The notes beneath the pieces were generated by a model. The model did not search any database. It worked only from the letters and a program-made list of their open reading frames with translations, and was not told the DNA's origin. A DNA stretch of 64,000 nt from a virus. The stretch covers positions 15,594 to 79,593 of the IMG/VR virus record IMGVR_UViG_3300036981_000286. One strand, written 5' to 3'. The first letter of the stretch is position 1. Every line of letters begins with the position of its first letter. The translations under genes were made by a program, and so were the position numbers. This document shows positions 54,701 to 64,000 of this stretch, piece after piece.

Positions 54701-55437
54701 TTATGGCGCAATTTTCTCACAACGTAAATAGCATGGGCGGGTTTAGCCGAATGGGTGCGGGCAGCTTCGCCTCTCAAGCCGCCGCCTCCGGGCGTTTAAC
54801 TGCGCTAACCAAAGCTGTTGACGAGGGAAAAGTTGGTGGTGATCTCGCAGCCGCAGTAACGGCGCAAAAAGAAGGCAAGACTTTAACTAAAGAGCAGCAA
54901 AAGTTATTAGACGAAACAACAGCTAGCCCTGAAGCGTTTACCGAAAATGTCACCAAAGAGGTTGTTTTAAACGAAGAAAAGGGAGTAACAAGTAGAGAAA
55001 ATACAGCCGCCGCGATCGCCCAAAACGCGACTACTGAAGAGCAAAAAATAAATAACGCAGCTGGCATTTTACCTGGCTTAAGCGGGCCTCTTGGTGAGCT
55101 AACGGCCGGGCTCTCCGCTGCTGTGGGTAATTTATTTAAAGACGTAAAGATAGAAAACATCACGGTCACTAACTTTAAGTTACCAGATGGTTTTGGAAAA
55201 GAACTGGCAAGCGGCGCTGTAAGCGCAATTAGCGAACTGCTAACTGGCGGTCTGAGCGGGACAAAAGATGTAGCCATGACCACCGCGAGCGCCGGAACAA
55301 AACCAAGCAGAGAGCCGATAACCATCACAGGGTCAATTAAAATTAAAGACATGGACACAGCATTGGTTAATTTTATGAGCGACACGACGCACGAACCGAC
55401 CACGCCCGGCTCGCCGCCTGTTGCAGTGCCAGCATAA
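51775..55437 (+). CDS. Tape measure protein
   Basis: 1220 aa, helical, Ala/Gly/Met-rich, after the chaperone pair. Confidence 0.75.
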   Translation: MAEPFNPAMQGYGNQQPIMGTPRPMFNSLGTGNPQIDLAFAQFGMPMLQQFMGGAFIPEQFPAQSVMDQMASSKYMQASRAAEQSARDRGTGIMFQQFKGIRNRFDDKPLSPLGASQLNNLAGTVNSQFGMMMSEMLIGAQNTEDLFFGRRGDPVQLQRAVNQVGFSRPDSVNGTDSMSGESLTEFSDALYGNLYGPDADLNDVSGFSAGRVGGMMADLSRRGLLPQSVSKMGDSARQKELAGAAPDSDVGKTIGGFSKEIQDAIANNSPLEDIEKLTGGSQAIRKIDASRVASSLKGYTEAVASVRQIFGDNGISNAPMGQLIAAMEALTQNSMTTMSPGKIENLMRRTQLASRDSGVSLEALMGLSARGGALAQQYGLTPEMAAQNSIRAMEQGRAMKDTDAFLPGFGRIDPDKAVLEALDSGMRGDASMTGKYLGAMARAVAEDPNLKNSEAAKMVAALERGETTYNNGTDTVNIMDEFARRPGEFFGRLREQAGLSASHFDSLVRDPNSQEYLIPLAGAVAGAQGAEYKKYIENNFAGNADLLQRIKDPNMSDEQRLNLMQTVGSGFSRAVIDDVNTTMTGEERVDTLYTAMRSSMMDYVKENRKDLTDPADIVTEANRLLIGREGMFANEAEARNYVSQQYAETGIFTQGAFNMGLPEMQQRFNSRTASATAARRRRNITRAGLEFNLDDGSNMLQRFSDMLGSNSSASALEQVLGSIDSVQQTKAVMAGLAENDPRLETAFADLRGQYADATINTEKEKADFAAEVTGGKISMAEFKKRFEGTGENFEGKDKFVSDDALVTRMATIAKDETTAGAFKQMYSTLTGVSAAGAAAVFQDVNSEEAQAAFKRLAAHKDLQSYSADRGLGIVHAGELTHANAVEAINRSDAWHAGVDDQDKKRIGAIGKLGRQMDVGDINASTLLESYGVDLAGKTKSTDALTKFISESGNIDDLKTALTEDKVDPAQAEKIAVMAQFSHNVNSMGGFSRMGAGSFASQAAASGRLTALTKAVDEGKVGGDLAAAVTAQKEGKTLTKEQQKLLDETTASPEAFTENVTKEVVLNEEKGVTSRENTAAAIAQNATTEEQKINNAAGILPGLSGPLGELTAGLSAAVGNLFKDVKIENITVTNFKLPDGFGKELASGAVSAISELLTGGLSGTKDVAMTTASAGTKPSREPITITGSIKIKDMDTALVNFMSDTTHEPTTPGSPPVAVPA

Positions 55438-55459
55438 ACACCGCACAACGAGTTAAATT

Positions 55460-55978
55460 ATGTCAGTATTTGTACCATGTGAAGGCGGCGTGTTCCGCGT
55501 TAAAGCCGAAAGCAATACTTGCACAAGCACGGACCGAATTGTCGCCATTAAGGTTGAGAATTTTAGCGCAACGGCGCCGATCACAGGGTTTTCATTAGAT
55601 CTCGGCACAAATCATCAATTCCTGCACACCCTAGACGAGTTTATTTATGTGTACTCGTTTGGCGACCGGCTCGGCCAGCTTACGCTGTCTGGGATAGGTT
55701 TTACTGAGTGCACGACACAAGCAGGCGGAAGCCCAAGTGGTGTATTCGGTTATTACATGAAGAACCGGCTGGCGCGCACGTTAACGCCAACTACTATCAC
55801 TGTCGCCGGTTATGGCGTGTTGCTCGGATTTTTAACCGGTATTCGCATGGATATACCAAATCCGGCGTTTCCGATTATGCAATGGACGCTGCAGTATAGT
55901 GTGATCCTTGACGCCCCGCCGCTTACGGCCCCGCTGACAGACCGAATGCCCGACGCCGGGGATCGCGCCAAGATTTAA
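55460..55978 (+). CDS. Tube-like baseplate/tail initiator protein
   Basis: IYVYSFGDRLGQLTLSG; follows the tape measure. Confidence 0.5.
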   Translation: MSVFVPCEGGVFRVKAESNTCTSTDRIVAIKVENFSATAPITGFSLDLGTNHQFLHTLDEFIYVYSFGDRLGQLTLSGIGFTECTTQAGGSPSGVFGYYMKNRLARTLTPTTITVAGYGVLLGFLTGIRMDIPNPAFPIMQWTLQYSVILDAPPLTAPLTDRMPDAGDRAKI

Positions 55979-55998
55979 TTTCACGACTAAGCAACTAT

Positions 55999-57003
55999 AT
56001 GATCAATCACGCACGAACATTACTGCTTAATATTCCAAGCACGGCTTATCTGCCCGGCATGCTCGGAGAAGAGTACATACCGACATACACGCCGGTTGTT
56101 TTGCCGTCGTACTTGTCCTTACCGCACAAGATATTATTTGGCGCAAATCCGGACAAAGTTTTTGTAAACTTTCGCGCGCATGAACTGCTCAGCCTAATTC
56201 ACCAAACAGAGCTAGCTGAGTTTATTTACGCGTTGGATCCGCGCGTAACATACTGGCCGCAAAACATTAGCCCGTTTTACACAGCGCAAAAGCAACTCAC
56301 GTACGACCGCACAGCCGGCGCGCACAACGCGCGTATTTACTTCAACGGGCAGATAAAGCCTGACAATATGCAAGGCCGCGCATTTCGCGAATACTACATC
56401 CAACTTATCAGTGAAGGCACTGAGCAGAAAATCAAAGTAACCGCCGAAGCGTCTAAAAAATCTACAAACGAGTTGGTTCCGTGGATAAGTAACGGCGAAA
56501 ACACGCTCGCGCTTACTGCTGGCGAGCTGCCGATCAGTGACTTGTCGGCGCCTATTCCGTTGTTTGATAGCGATCTTGAGTTTCGCGTGGCGGACATATA
56601 CGGCGACGTGCCACACATGTTGCTAGAAGATTTTGACGCAGATGACCTACCGCCGTTTTGGTTTTTACTGCAAGAGACAGATGACCGCGTTATTCTTGAA
56701 ACAGATACAACGCCAGAAGTGCTCGCTATGCGGCGAAGAATGGAAATAGTGTTGGCCCCCGTACTGCTGTCGAGCTGGACGGTGCGTGTTTACTCGCGGC
56801 CCGGCAGCGCAGTTACGGCATGCCTGCCGCAGCTCGAGTTCTTGGGCGAGCCAACATATCTCGAGTTGTTTGGCGTGCAAAATAACATAGAGCCATACGC
56901 TACTTTTAAGAATATTTGGTTTGAGAACTCTGATCCGGGATATCGCCTAGCCGCGTTTACCCTAGCCATGATTTACCGCATAAACGAGTTAAAAAATGGC
57001 TGA
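55999..57003 (+). CDS. Hypothetical baseplate-region protein
   Basis: 334-aa coupled ORF. Confidence 0.6.
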   Translation: MINHARTLLLNIPSTAYLPGMLGEEYIPTYTPVVLPSYLSLPHKILFGANPDKVFVNFRAHELLSLIHQTELAEFIYALDPRVTYWPQNISPFYTAQKQLTYDRTAGAHNARIYFNGQIKPDNMQGRAFREYYIQLISEGTEQKIKVTAEASKKSTNELVPWISNGENTLALTAGELPISDLSAPIPLFDSDLEFRVADIYGDVPHMLLEDFDADDLPPFWFLLQETDDRVILETDTTPEVLAMRRRMEIVLAPVLLSSWTVRVYSRPGSAVTACLPQLEFLGEPTYLELFGVQNNIEPYATFKNIWFENSDPGYRLAAFTLAMIYRINELKNG

Positions 57004-58669
57004 CAAGTACGTTTCCGCAAAATTTAAGGTGTGGGCTACCGTCTATGAAGATGACGGCAGCCTCGTCGCGGAAATCTCAGATATCGTATCGGCATCTGCG
57101 TCATTCGCGCTTAATACGATCCCGACGGCCTCGTTAATACTTGCAACCGGTTACAACCCGATAACCGGCAAAGCCGCTTCAATTCACGACTTAAAAAGCA
57201 AGTTAAAACCGCGGCAGAAGGTGGAGGTTAGGTTAAAAATAACAACGGGCGGAGGAGACAGCACAAAAGTACAAGAAGGCACGTTTAAAATATTTGACGG
57301 TTTTTTGGCCGGGATAGGTTATCAGCGCTCGATTAATCAAGCCAACTACGTGATTAATCTAGTTCACTGGCTCGACGACTTAAACAACTCTTCGGCTATT
57401 AACGGCAACTGGTTCCCCGGGGCGCCGATGGATTACGCGCAGGCAGCCGTGCAAGAGCGAGAAGCTCAGACGCCGACAACTGGTCCTACCCCCGGTTTTG
57501 CTGGTAGTTTCTTTAGTATTGCAAACATAAGCACTGATTTGTGGCAACAAGCCATTAAGCCGTTGTTTGAAAAAATTGCGGGGTTCGCGTCTACGGTGCA
57601 GCAACCAGGGGTAGCGCCCGCCGGCGGCAAGGAACTAGAAATAAATACCGCAGCGAAAAAAGCGTTAGCGCGGATGCCCGGAACTGGCGCGGCATACTAT
57701 AAACCGCTGCAATTTTATGTGAGCGCAGCTGGCTCTAATACAGGAATGACAATTTCGCTGTCTGAGTATTTCACAAAAACAATCAGCGACTCGTACGCGC
57801 AAAATAGTTTTTGGTCAAAACTAATTACAGAATATGCAGCGCAATTTTTGTTTGCTGTGTCTCCAGCGGTTGATTGGGCGCTGCCAATCCCGTTTTGCGC
57901 AGGACTGCGGTGGAAAGATGGCGGCAAGACAATAACCGCAGCTGAATACAGTTACGGTAACTTTAACGCAAATATGTCGCAGATTTTAGAGTCAGTTGTT
58001 ATCTGCTATCCGCTAGACTCAAAAGTTGGCAGTGTTCGTGTTGACTTGCCGGCTAACGCTCCAAAACCACTTGGTTATTACCGCGCGTTTGCGACATACC
58101 CAACAAGCACGACGCCGGAAACTACACGCGGCTTAAAACTTTTTAAAGCCCCGCCGGCATGGTTTGCTAACCTTGGCGCCGCGGCCGTTTCTGCGTCTCA
58201 GGCCGTCGTCGGCTCCCGCACTGCGGCTGCCCCTGCCGCTGGCACAAAAGCTGGCACCGGGCCGGACGTACCAGCGCCCGCCGGCGAGGCTTACGACTTA
58301 AACAAATCTACATTAGACGCGTTTGCGCAGCACTGGTTTGTGAGTGAGGTGCTGCAGCAGCGCTATGGCGAGTTATCTGGTCCGCTTCGTTTTGATATAG
58401 CGCCCGGCAGTATCGTTAAAATTGTTTTACCCAAACGCGACGAAAACAGAGAAAAAGCTGCTGAAAACCCGGAGGAGTTTGTAATCGCGTCCGTTATGTC
58501 AGCGTCTTATGTGATAAACGCGGAGCGCAGCACAGCCGGCACATCGTTTGCGATTGCTCATACGAAAACAGAAACAGAAAGTACGTCGACGGTGTACTCC
58601 GTGGAAAAGCCTCCGTTATACGTAAAAGGCGACCCATGGCACGACGGCCCGCTAGCAATTCCGGAATAA
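56996..58669 (+). CDS. Putative baseplate hub (gp27/gpD-like)
   Basis: IFDGFLAG near the N-end; GELSGPLRFDIAPGSIVKI and VMSASYVI near the C-end. Confidence 0.55.
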   Translation: MADKYVSAKFKVWATVYEDDGSLVAEISDIVSASASFALNTIPTASLILATGYNPITGKAASIHDLKSKLKPRQKVEVRLKITTGGGDSTKVQEGTFKIFDGFLAGIGYQRSINQANYVINLVHWLDDLNNSSAINGNWFPGAPMDYAQAAVQEREAQTPTTGPTPGFAGSFFSIANISTDLWQQAIKPLFEKIAGFASTVQQPGVAPAGGKELEINTAAKKALARMPGTGAAYYKPLQFYVSAAGSNTGMTISLSEYFTKTISDSYAQNSFWSKLITEYAAQFLFAVSPAVDWALPIPFCAGLRWKDGGKTITAAEYSYGNFNANMSQILESVVICYPLDSKVGSVRVDLPANAPKPLGYYRAFATYPTSTTPETTRGLKLFKAPPAWFANLGAAAVSASQAVVGSRTAAAPAAGTKAGTGPDVPAPAGEAYDLNKSTLDAFAQHWFVSEVLQQRYGELSGPLRFDIAPGSIVKIVLPKRDENREKAAENPEEFVIASVMSASYVINAERSTAGTSFAIAHTKTETESTSTVYSVEKPPLYVKGDPWHDGPLAIPE

Positions 58670-58674
58670 CAGCA

Positions 58675-59481
58675 ATGAATATTCAATCACCGCAAAACGC
58701 TGGAATGCCGTCCATACTGGGCGATATCCCCAAGCCGTTCTCTGAGCAAAAGCCGCCCGCTGCTGGCGTGGACTTCGGCAGCATGCACACGAACTGGTTT
58801 AAAAATCAAACACCTGAGCAAAACACAAAAATATTGGCTGAAATTCAACCAATTGTTGATACCGCCGTGTCTAGCTACGCCGGGGCTAACCCGTCACCAG
58901 CAATGCGCAGCCGGGCGCGGTTGATGGCGCTTAAAGCATTGCAAACATTTGATCCGGTTCGCGGCAACGTAAAAACGCATTTGTTATCGCAAATGCAAAG
59001 TCTTCGCCGTCTGGTAGCGCAAGAACAAAACATTATAGGAATACCAGAACAAGTTGGCCTAGATTTTCAAAAGTTAACAGAAGCAGAAAACTCGCTGCGT
59101 GACCGGCTTAGTCGTGACCCCAGTGACGATGAAATAGCAGACGATATCGGCTTATCAGTGCGGAGGATAAAGAAAATTCGGCAGTTCCACAAACCGATTG
59201 CTGAAGGCTCGACTGTAATTGAGACAGCAGACGATTACGCAGATAGCGGCGGAGTTGCCAGCAAAATACCCGGGCAGACTAAAGAGCAGGACGCGTGGGC
59301 CGATTTTGTATACGGCGACTTAAGCCCGCCGAATAAACTGATTATGGACATGGCGCTTGGGCGCAATGGCCGCAGACGCGCCAGCGTGCAAGAGATTGCT
59401 CAAAAGCTAAATATTACTTCCGGAGCGGTAAGTCAGCGCGCAGCCAAAATTCAAGAAATGCTAGATAAGCGAGGATTTTAA
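58675..59481 (+). CDS. Sigma70-family sigma factor (FliA/SigB-like)
   Basis: Region 2 ALKALQTFDPVRGNVKTHL; region 3 LSRDPSDDEIADDIGLS; region 4 HTH SVQEIAQKLNITSGAVSQ. Confidence 0.85.
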   Translation: MNIQSPQNAGMPSILGDIPKPFSEQKPPAAGVDFGSMHTNWFKNQTPEQNTKILAEIQPIVDTAVSSYAGANPSPAMRSRARLMALKALQTFDPVRGNVKTHLLSQMQSLRRLVAQEQNIIGIPEQVGLDFQKLTEAENSLRDRLSRDPSDDEIADDIGLSVRRIKKIRQFHKPIAEGSTVIETADDYADSGGVASKIPGQTKEQDAWADFVYGDLSPPNKLIMDMALGRNGRRRASVQEIAQKLNITSGAVSQRAAKIQEMLDKRGF

Positions 59482-59949
59482 ATGGCACACGGAAAACCAA
59501 AAGGCAGGCTAGAAGATAAATTCAAAGCTCGCATTACCGAGCTAGAAAAAAAAGCGCAGCAGCAAAGCGATCAATTTAAGTCGCAGAGCGGCTTGCGGCC
59601 ATGGCACACGCCAGAGGATATGAAAACCAAAGATCTGCTCGATGTGCCGAATCTGCACGAGCCCGTGTGGAATCGGGACGCGCTTAACAGGCTGTACTCC
59701 GACGAGGTTGTAGCGGTAGAGCAAAGAAATAGTGGCGTAGTAGGCGACCTTATCGCATGCAAGCGACAAATTGATTTTATGGCTGTTGAGGAGCGCGCGT
59801 GGAGGTTGCGGCACGCGTCTAGCACACGATGCGCAGCTATGGCGCACGGCCGGCTAGACGGGCACGGGAAGACAAATGAAGGCGTGTTTTCAATGATAAA
59901 AAACGATATTGAGAATCGGCTAAACGAGGGAGCCGTCTCAGGCGAATAA
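59482..59949 (+). CDS. Hypothetical protein
   Basis: GAGGA RBS; abuts the sigma gene. Confidence 0.65.
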   Translation: MAHGKPKGRLEDKFKARITELEKKAQQQSDQFKSQSGLRPWHTPEDMKTKDLLDVPNLHEPVWNRDALNRLYSDEVVAVEQRNSGVVGDLIACKRQIDFMAVEERAWRLRHASSTRCAAMAHGRLDGHGKTNEGVFSMIKNDIENRLNEGAVSGE

Positions 59950-59972
59950 AGCTGGGCTTCCGGAGTAATAAA

Positions 59973-60452
59973 ATGAGTATTGCTGACTACGCAAATCGCA
60001 AATACGATTTCTTGGCGCTGCGCGACGTAAAACCAACGGGCGACAATCAGCTGGGGTTCGCTCTTTTTTCCGCAGAAGCGGCTGGGCAAATAGCAGTCGG
60101 CGTGCAAAAACTGACCCAGCGCTGGCTGCTAGAGTTTTTAACAGAGCGGGGCTCGATGCCCGCGCTACCCGCCCGCGGTACTGATTTTATGGCCGACGTG
60201 CGCTCCGGGCGGCTCCGCTCGTCGGTGGACGTGCAGGCGGCGTTTAGCTTTGCCTCCTTCACAGCCCGCGCGAATTTAAGCCGAGAAGAAGACGATACGT
60301 GGCCCGACGACGAGCGTATTGGCGTGGCATTGTTATCTTCGGTGGCTTTTTTGCCCGGATATGCAAATATCCGTGTGGTAATATTAAGCCGTGCAGGCAC
60401 AGCCCGCGATATAATTTTGCCTATATCAACATTACCCCAAAGCATTGGCTAA
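59973..60452 (+). CDS. Baseplate wedge/sheath initiator (gp25-like)
   Basis: GVQKLTQRWLLEFLTERGS...RGTDF, PDDERI; upstream of the J-like gene. Confidence 0.65.
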   Translation: MSIADYANRKYDFLALRDVKPTGDNQLGFALFSAEAAGQIAVGVQKLTQRWLLEFLTERGSMPALPARGTDFMADVRSGRLRSSVDVQAAFSFASFTARANLSREEDDTWPDDERIGVALLSSVAFLPGYANIRVVILSRAGTARDIILPISTLPQSIG

Positions 60453-60456
60453 CATT

Positions 60457-62115
60457 ATGGCACTTACAGTAACCAGCATTGACGAGCTTGATACAGCGCG
60501 TGTAACTGAAACGCTGGAATTTTTTAAGCAACTTATGCAAGAGCGGCATCCAGAAGTGGAGCTGTCTCGCGGCGCCTTTCACGACTTAGTGCTGTACTTT
60601 AATAGCGTGCTAAACGCCGCCGTGCGCGAAAACATTGAGCGCGTACGTCAAAGCAATAGCCTGCTCGCTATTACACAAAATCCAACGTTGGCTGACGACA
60701 CGATAGTAGATCAAGTTCTGTCTAACTACAACTTAGCGCGGGGTGCCGGGGCTGCAGCTGTTGGCGAAGCTGTTGTTGTAGTGAACCAAGCCGTAAACAC
60801 GCAGATCAGTAGTTTAATTCAATTTACCGCCAACAATTTAACATTCTTACCGGCGCGCACGTATATCGGTGTCCCGCCCGGAGAGAGCACCGCGGCAGAA
60901 GGAACGCGATCAATGGTCCCGGTAGGCGACGGTACTTACGCGTTTAAAATTGCAGTTTACGCTACAACGCTCGGCACTGCGGGAAACATTACAGCCGGTA
61001 CAGCTTTTGTTCCCAGCATTGCGCCCAGTAATGTTAAAGCAATTTACGCGGCGTCTGACTTTACTGACGGCACCGACCCGCCCACGAACGCAGAATATAT
61101 CGCTAAGCTGCCAGAAGGATTAGCCGCAAAAACAATTGGCGGCAGAAAGTCGTTCTTAGCGCTAATAAAATCGCAGCCTGAGTTTCAAAATATCCGGCAT
61201 GTATCTGTAGTCGGTTTCGGGGACTCTGAGCAAAAACGAGATCAGCGCGGCTTATTTCCCGTTTCTGGCGGCGGCCGCGTGGATATCTACGTACAAACAA
61301 ATGACACCTCTCAACGTATAGATCACCTGATTACAGCCAATTACGTCCGACCCGTCACTGTCGGCGACAATACGGCCGGGACTGTTTGGCGTATTTTTAT
61401 TAACCACAAAACAGCGCCGGGGTTTTACGCCCTGACCCGCGTCGCCCGCATAAACGACAAAAGCAGCACTGGTTACGAGATTGTTAACGCAATTCCCGGT
61501 TATAGTTTTGCTGATATGGCCTACAAGCCAGACGTTGCGACTGTTAGCGAAAGCGCGTACACGCGATTTAAAACGCTTACGATAGATTTTATTGACCCGC
61601 TGGTTCAGCCAAATACCGTAACCGCCGGACGGACTGAAGTATACTCGGTAACTACAACAGGTTTACCGCTTATCGGCGAGCTGCAAGATTTTCTATCTGG
61701 GCGCGACGTGCGGTGCCGCGCTGCTGACGTTCTAGTTAGAGCTGCGATCCCGTGTTTCACAACGATAGCGTTCAAGATTAGGCGCGCTGCAAATGACACG
61801 CTGCCTGACTTTGCCGCAATTAAAAAAGCGGTTGCTACGGCTGTGGCCAAAGTAGGGTTTGCAGGCCAGTTGTCAGCGTCTGTGATCAGCAGCGCCGCGC
61901 ATCAATATTTAAGCGGGCAGCAATCCGTTACAGACATTGATATTTTTGGGCGGCTTGTACGCCCAGACGGGCGCGTTATATTTCTGCGCGACCCTGCTCG
62001 CATAGATATTCCAAATGACCCAGAAAACATGATCAGCCCCAGAACTACTGTGTTTTACGCGGCTGAAGAAGACATTGAAATAGCGGTAGATATGACATCT
62101 GGTTTTAGCGATTAA
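60457..62115 (+). CDS. Baseplate J-like wedge protein
   Basis: GTAGNITAG, FTDGTDPPTN, GGRVDIYV. Confidence 0.8.
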   Translation: MALTVTSIDELDTARVTETLEFFKQLMQERHPEVELSRGAFHDLVLYFNSVLNAAVRENIERVRQSNSLLAITQNPTLADDTIVDQVLSNYNLARGAGAAAVGEAVVVVNQAVNTQISSLIQFTANNLTFLPARTYIGVPPGESTAAEGTRSMVPVGDGTYAFKIAVYATTLGTAGNITAGTAFVPSIAPSNVKAIYAASDFTDGTDPPTNAEYIAKLPEGLAAKTIGGRKSFLALIKSQPEFQNIRHVSVVGFGDSEQKRDQRGLFPVSGGGRVDIYVQTNDTSQRIDHLITANYVRPVTVGDNTAGTVWRIFINHKTAPGFYALTRVARINDKSSTGYEIVNAIPGYSFADMAYKPDVATVSESAYTRFKTLTIDFIDPLVQPNTVTAGRTEVYSVTTTGLPLIGELQDFLSGRDVRCRAADVLVRAAIPCFTTIAFKIRRAANDTLPDFAAIKKAVATAVAKVGFAGQLSASVISSAAHQYLSGQQSVTDIDIFGRLVRPDGRVIFLRDPARIDIPNDPENMISPRTTVFYAAEEDIEIAVDMTSGFSD

Positions 62116-62120
62116 ACCAA

Positions 62121-64000
62121 ATGCAAAATTTTAAATATCCAACATCTGACTTAGACGATACAGACAAACTGCTCAGTTCTTTGGGTAGTTTCTGGTCGCG
62201 CACGTACGAAGCTAAAGACCAGTTAAAGTCATATGGACAAGCAGTGGCGCGCACTGTTGCCCAGACTCAGTTAAATCTACTCGAGGCTGTGGCCGCGCTT
62301 AGCCGTTACAGCATGCCACTGTTTCACACAGAAAACTGGTACCCGCTCATTTTGCGTAAAAGCCAAATGAACGCAACCGCGGCAAACTACTACACGTTCG
62401 ACGAGCCAGAAATTTATTACGGCGCGGGAGTACCTATAAACTTTAACAGCGCCGCCAGTCGCGATTTCTTTGCGTTTTCAATAAATAGCGAACTTGTGAC
62501 GGGTGGACAGATCTACGACCGGTTACTGTTCCCTAGTGTAGCGCTGACAGCCGGCATGGATTTTATTGTTGACGGCATTAAAGCAGTAATACTTTTCAAC
62601 GTAAATCCGTTTGAGATTGAAACCGTACTGCGCAAACCCATATACGACGGCGACACGCTTGTAGACGAAGAAATTACGCTGTGGGTGTTCAAAGCAAAGT
62701 TCGACTACAAATATTTGTTCAATCAATTTGCGTACGCGGTAAACATTAACCTGCCAAGTTCAGAAAACGCTAAAAAATTAGTTAACGCTATAACAAACGG
62801 ACTCATCGGCGGCGGCGCAACTGCAGCGGTTATAGAAGACGCGCTATCCGCGATCCTTGACGTGCCGCTCGCCGTAACGACTGAGGTAGTTGAACTAATA
62901 ACGCGCGATAACCGCGGGCTGCTCATTGTTACCGATAAAAACGCTTATCGTTTTGCGGCAAACGCAACGCCGATAGTCGCTGTTGGCGACACAGTACACG
63001 CCGGCGACCGCTTAACAAACGCTTTTAGTTTTGTAGAGTTAAATCGCGCTGAAGTGCCACACGAGATTAAAGCGCTCGCACTTGATCGGGGTTTTACTGC
63101 GTACTGCTATTACAGCGACCTAATATTTGAAAACATCGACGTGCCGCTGGTTGTGGACGCTGCTCACGAAAGCGGATACACGTATGTATCGTTTAGGCTC
63201 AGCGGCTTTCCGCATGATTTAAAACGCTTCTTTGATGAGATGCACGCCCGCGGGATTGAGTCGCGGCTGGACGCGGTAGCGAATCCCTGCGACCCGACGA
63301 ACATCCGAAAAGGTACGCTTGCGCACTTGCTAGACAAGCGGCCAAACGCGACGGACGAGCCCACCGCGGAGAATCTGCCCGCTACTATTAACCCGCTGCA
63401 GTTTCTTGTTGAAAATGTGTTGCGCAACAATTCTGCAATTGTGCTTATTCGCGTATCCGAGTTAGGTGAAAATAATCTCGGCTTGTACAACATTCGGCAT
63501 TTACGGCAACTTGTGCCGCCGTACTCCGCGCTGTTTTTCATATACAGTCTTGACGCCCGGGCCGACAAAATTGCAGGCCCCGACAGCGTTACAGAATGGC
63601 CCACAAAATTTAAAGCTGCTGAACCAATAAGTGACAGCATTTTGGTTTCTATGGTGCATGACCGCGGCGTTACCGTCCGGGTAATCAACGGCACGTGCCA
63701 GACGCCCAACGGCGATGAAACATGCGCTGGGCATAGCGGCAGCTCAAGTCTTGTATCAAGCTCCAGCTCCAGCTCCAGCTTGGTATCTAGCTCAAGTCTG
63801 GTGTCTAGCTCCAGCTCCAGCTTGGTATCAAGCTCAAGTCTGGTATCAAGCTCAAGTCTGGTGTCTAGCTCCAGCTCCAGCTTGGTATCAAGCTCAAGTC
63901 TGGTGTCTAGCTCCAGCTCCAGCTCCAGCTTGGGATCAAGCTCAAGTCTGGTGTCTAGCTCCAGCTCCAGCGACGTATCAAGCTCCAGCGACGTATCAAG
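62121..64000 (+). CDS. Baseplate wedge-type protein with a Ser-rich C-terminal repeat, runs off the window
   Basis: Begins MQNFKYPTSDL...LGSFW; the same frame at the window end reads (SSSSLV)n. It is absent from the track, consistent with no stop codon inside the window. Confidence 0.7.
   Translation, partial: MQNFKYPTSDLDDTDKLLSSLGSFWSRTYEAKDQLKSYGQAVARTVAQTQLNLLEAVAALSRYSMPLFHTENWYPLILRKSQMNATAANYYTFDEPEIYYGAGVPINFNSAASRDFFAFSINSELVTGGQIYDRLLFPSVALTAGMDFIVDGIKAVILFNVNPFEIETVLRKPIYDGDTLVDEEITLWVFKAKFDYKYLFNQFAYAVNINLPSSENAKKLVNAITNGLIGGGATAAVIEDALSAILDVPLAVTTEVVELITRDNRGLLIVTDKNAYRFAANATPIVAVGDTVHAGDRLTNAFSFVELNRAEVPHEIKALALDRGFTAYCYYSDLIFENIDVPLVVDAAHESGYTYVSFRLSGFPHDLKRFFDEMHARGIESRLDAVANPCDPTNIRKGTLAHLLDKRPNATDEPTAENLPATINPLQFLVENVLRNNSAIVLIRVSELGENNLGLYNIRHLRQLVPPYSALFFIYSLDARADKIAGPDSVTEWPTKFKAAEPISDSILVSMVHDRGVTVRVINGTCQTPNGDETCAGHSGSSSLVSSSSSSSSLVSSSSLVSSSSSSLVSSSSLVSSSSLVSSSSSSLVSSSSLVSSSSSSSSLGSSSSLVSSSSSSDVSSSSDVS
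63735..64000 (+). repeat. Degenerate 6/18/24-bp tandem repeat encoding poly-Ser with LV/DV spacers
   Basis: Units such as TCAAGCTCAAGTCTGGTG and AGCTCC. Confidence 0.9.

Noticed and set aside
52668-55448. Long minus-strand ORFs (295, 174, 224 aa) within the tape measure gene, and similar ones elsewhere
   Set aside because: They are fully nested antisense to well-supported genes and show shadow-ORF composition.
43938-62115. Tailocin, eCIS or T6SS locus
   Set aside because: It is linked to capsid, protease, tRNA and frameshifted chaperone genes, which indicates a phage.
63735-64000. Repeat array as a CRISPR
   Set aside because: There are no unique spacers; it is an in-frame Ser-coding repeat, and no cas genes are seen.
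1-64000. Stop-codon reassignment
   Set aside because: Genes are intact and densely packed in code 11; TAA, TAG and TGA all end credible genes.

Overview
This window is 64 kb of a large tailed-phage (jumbo-type myovirus) genome. Essentially all credible genes are on the + strand, tightly packed, in the standard genetic code. Gene order: (1) 1-10.8 kb, accessory region with PhoH, a ferritin-like protein, two GT9-like glycosyltransferases, a HAD hydrolase, a GIY-YIG endonuclease, an actin-fold ATPase, tRNA-Ser, tRNA-Asn and two unannotated structured RNA candidates. (2) 10.8-18.5 kb, a 2H-phosphoesterase/Nudix polyprotein and a holin plus protease cassette. (3) 19-40 kb, a head module containing a multisubunit RNA polymerase of unusual architecture (beta fused to the N-half of beta-prime, with a separate beta-prime C-half), a prohead protease, scaffold and major capsid protein. 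(4) 40-64 kb, neck, sheath, tube, a frameshifted chaperone pair, tape measure and baseplate genes, with an embedded sigma factor. The main unexplained signals are three. First, a pervasive K-x-A motif that appears confined to head-module and cargo proteins, which I read as a maturation-protease code for packaged polyproteins. Second, ribosome-binding sites shown as ANGGAN hexaloop hairpins (the CsrA/RsmA target shape), plus a GGA-rich multi-stem RNA. Third, a possible system for glycosylating Ser-rich virion proteins. All family calls come from motif recognition by eye; no searches were run. No terminase, portal or RNAP alpha gene was recognised in the window.
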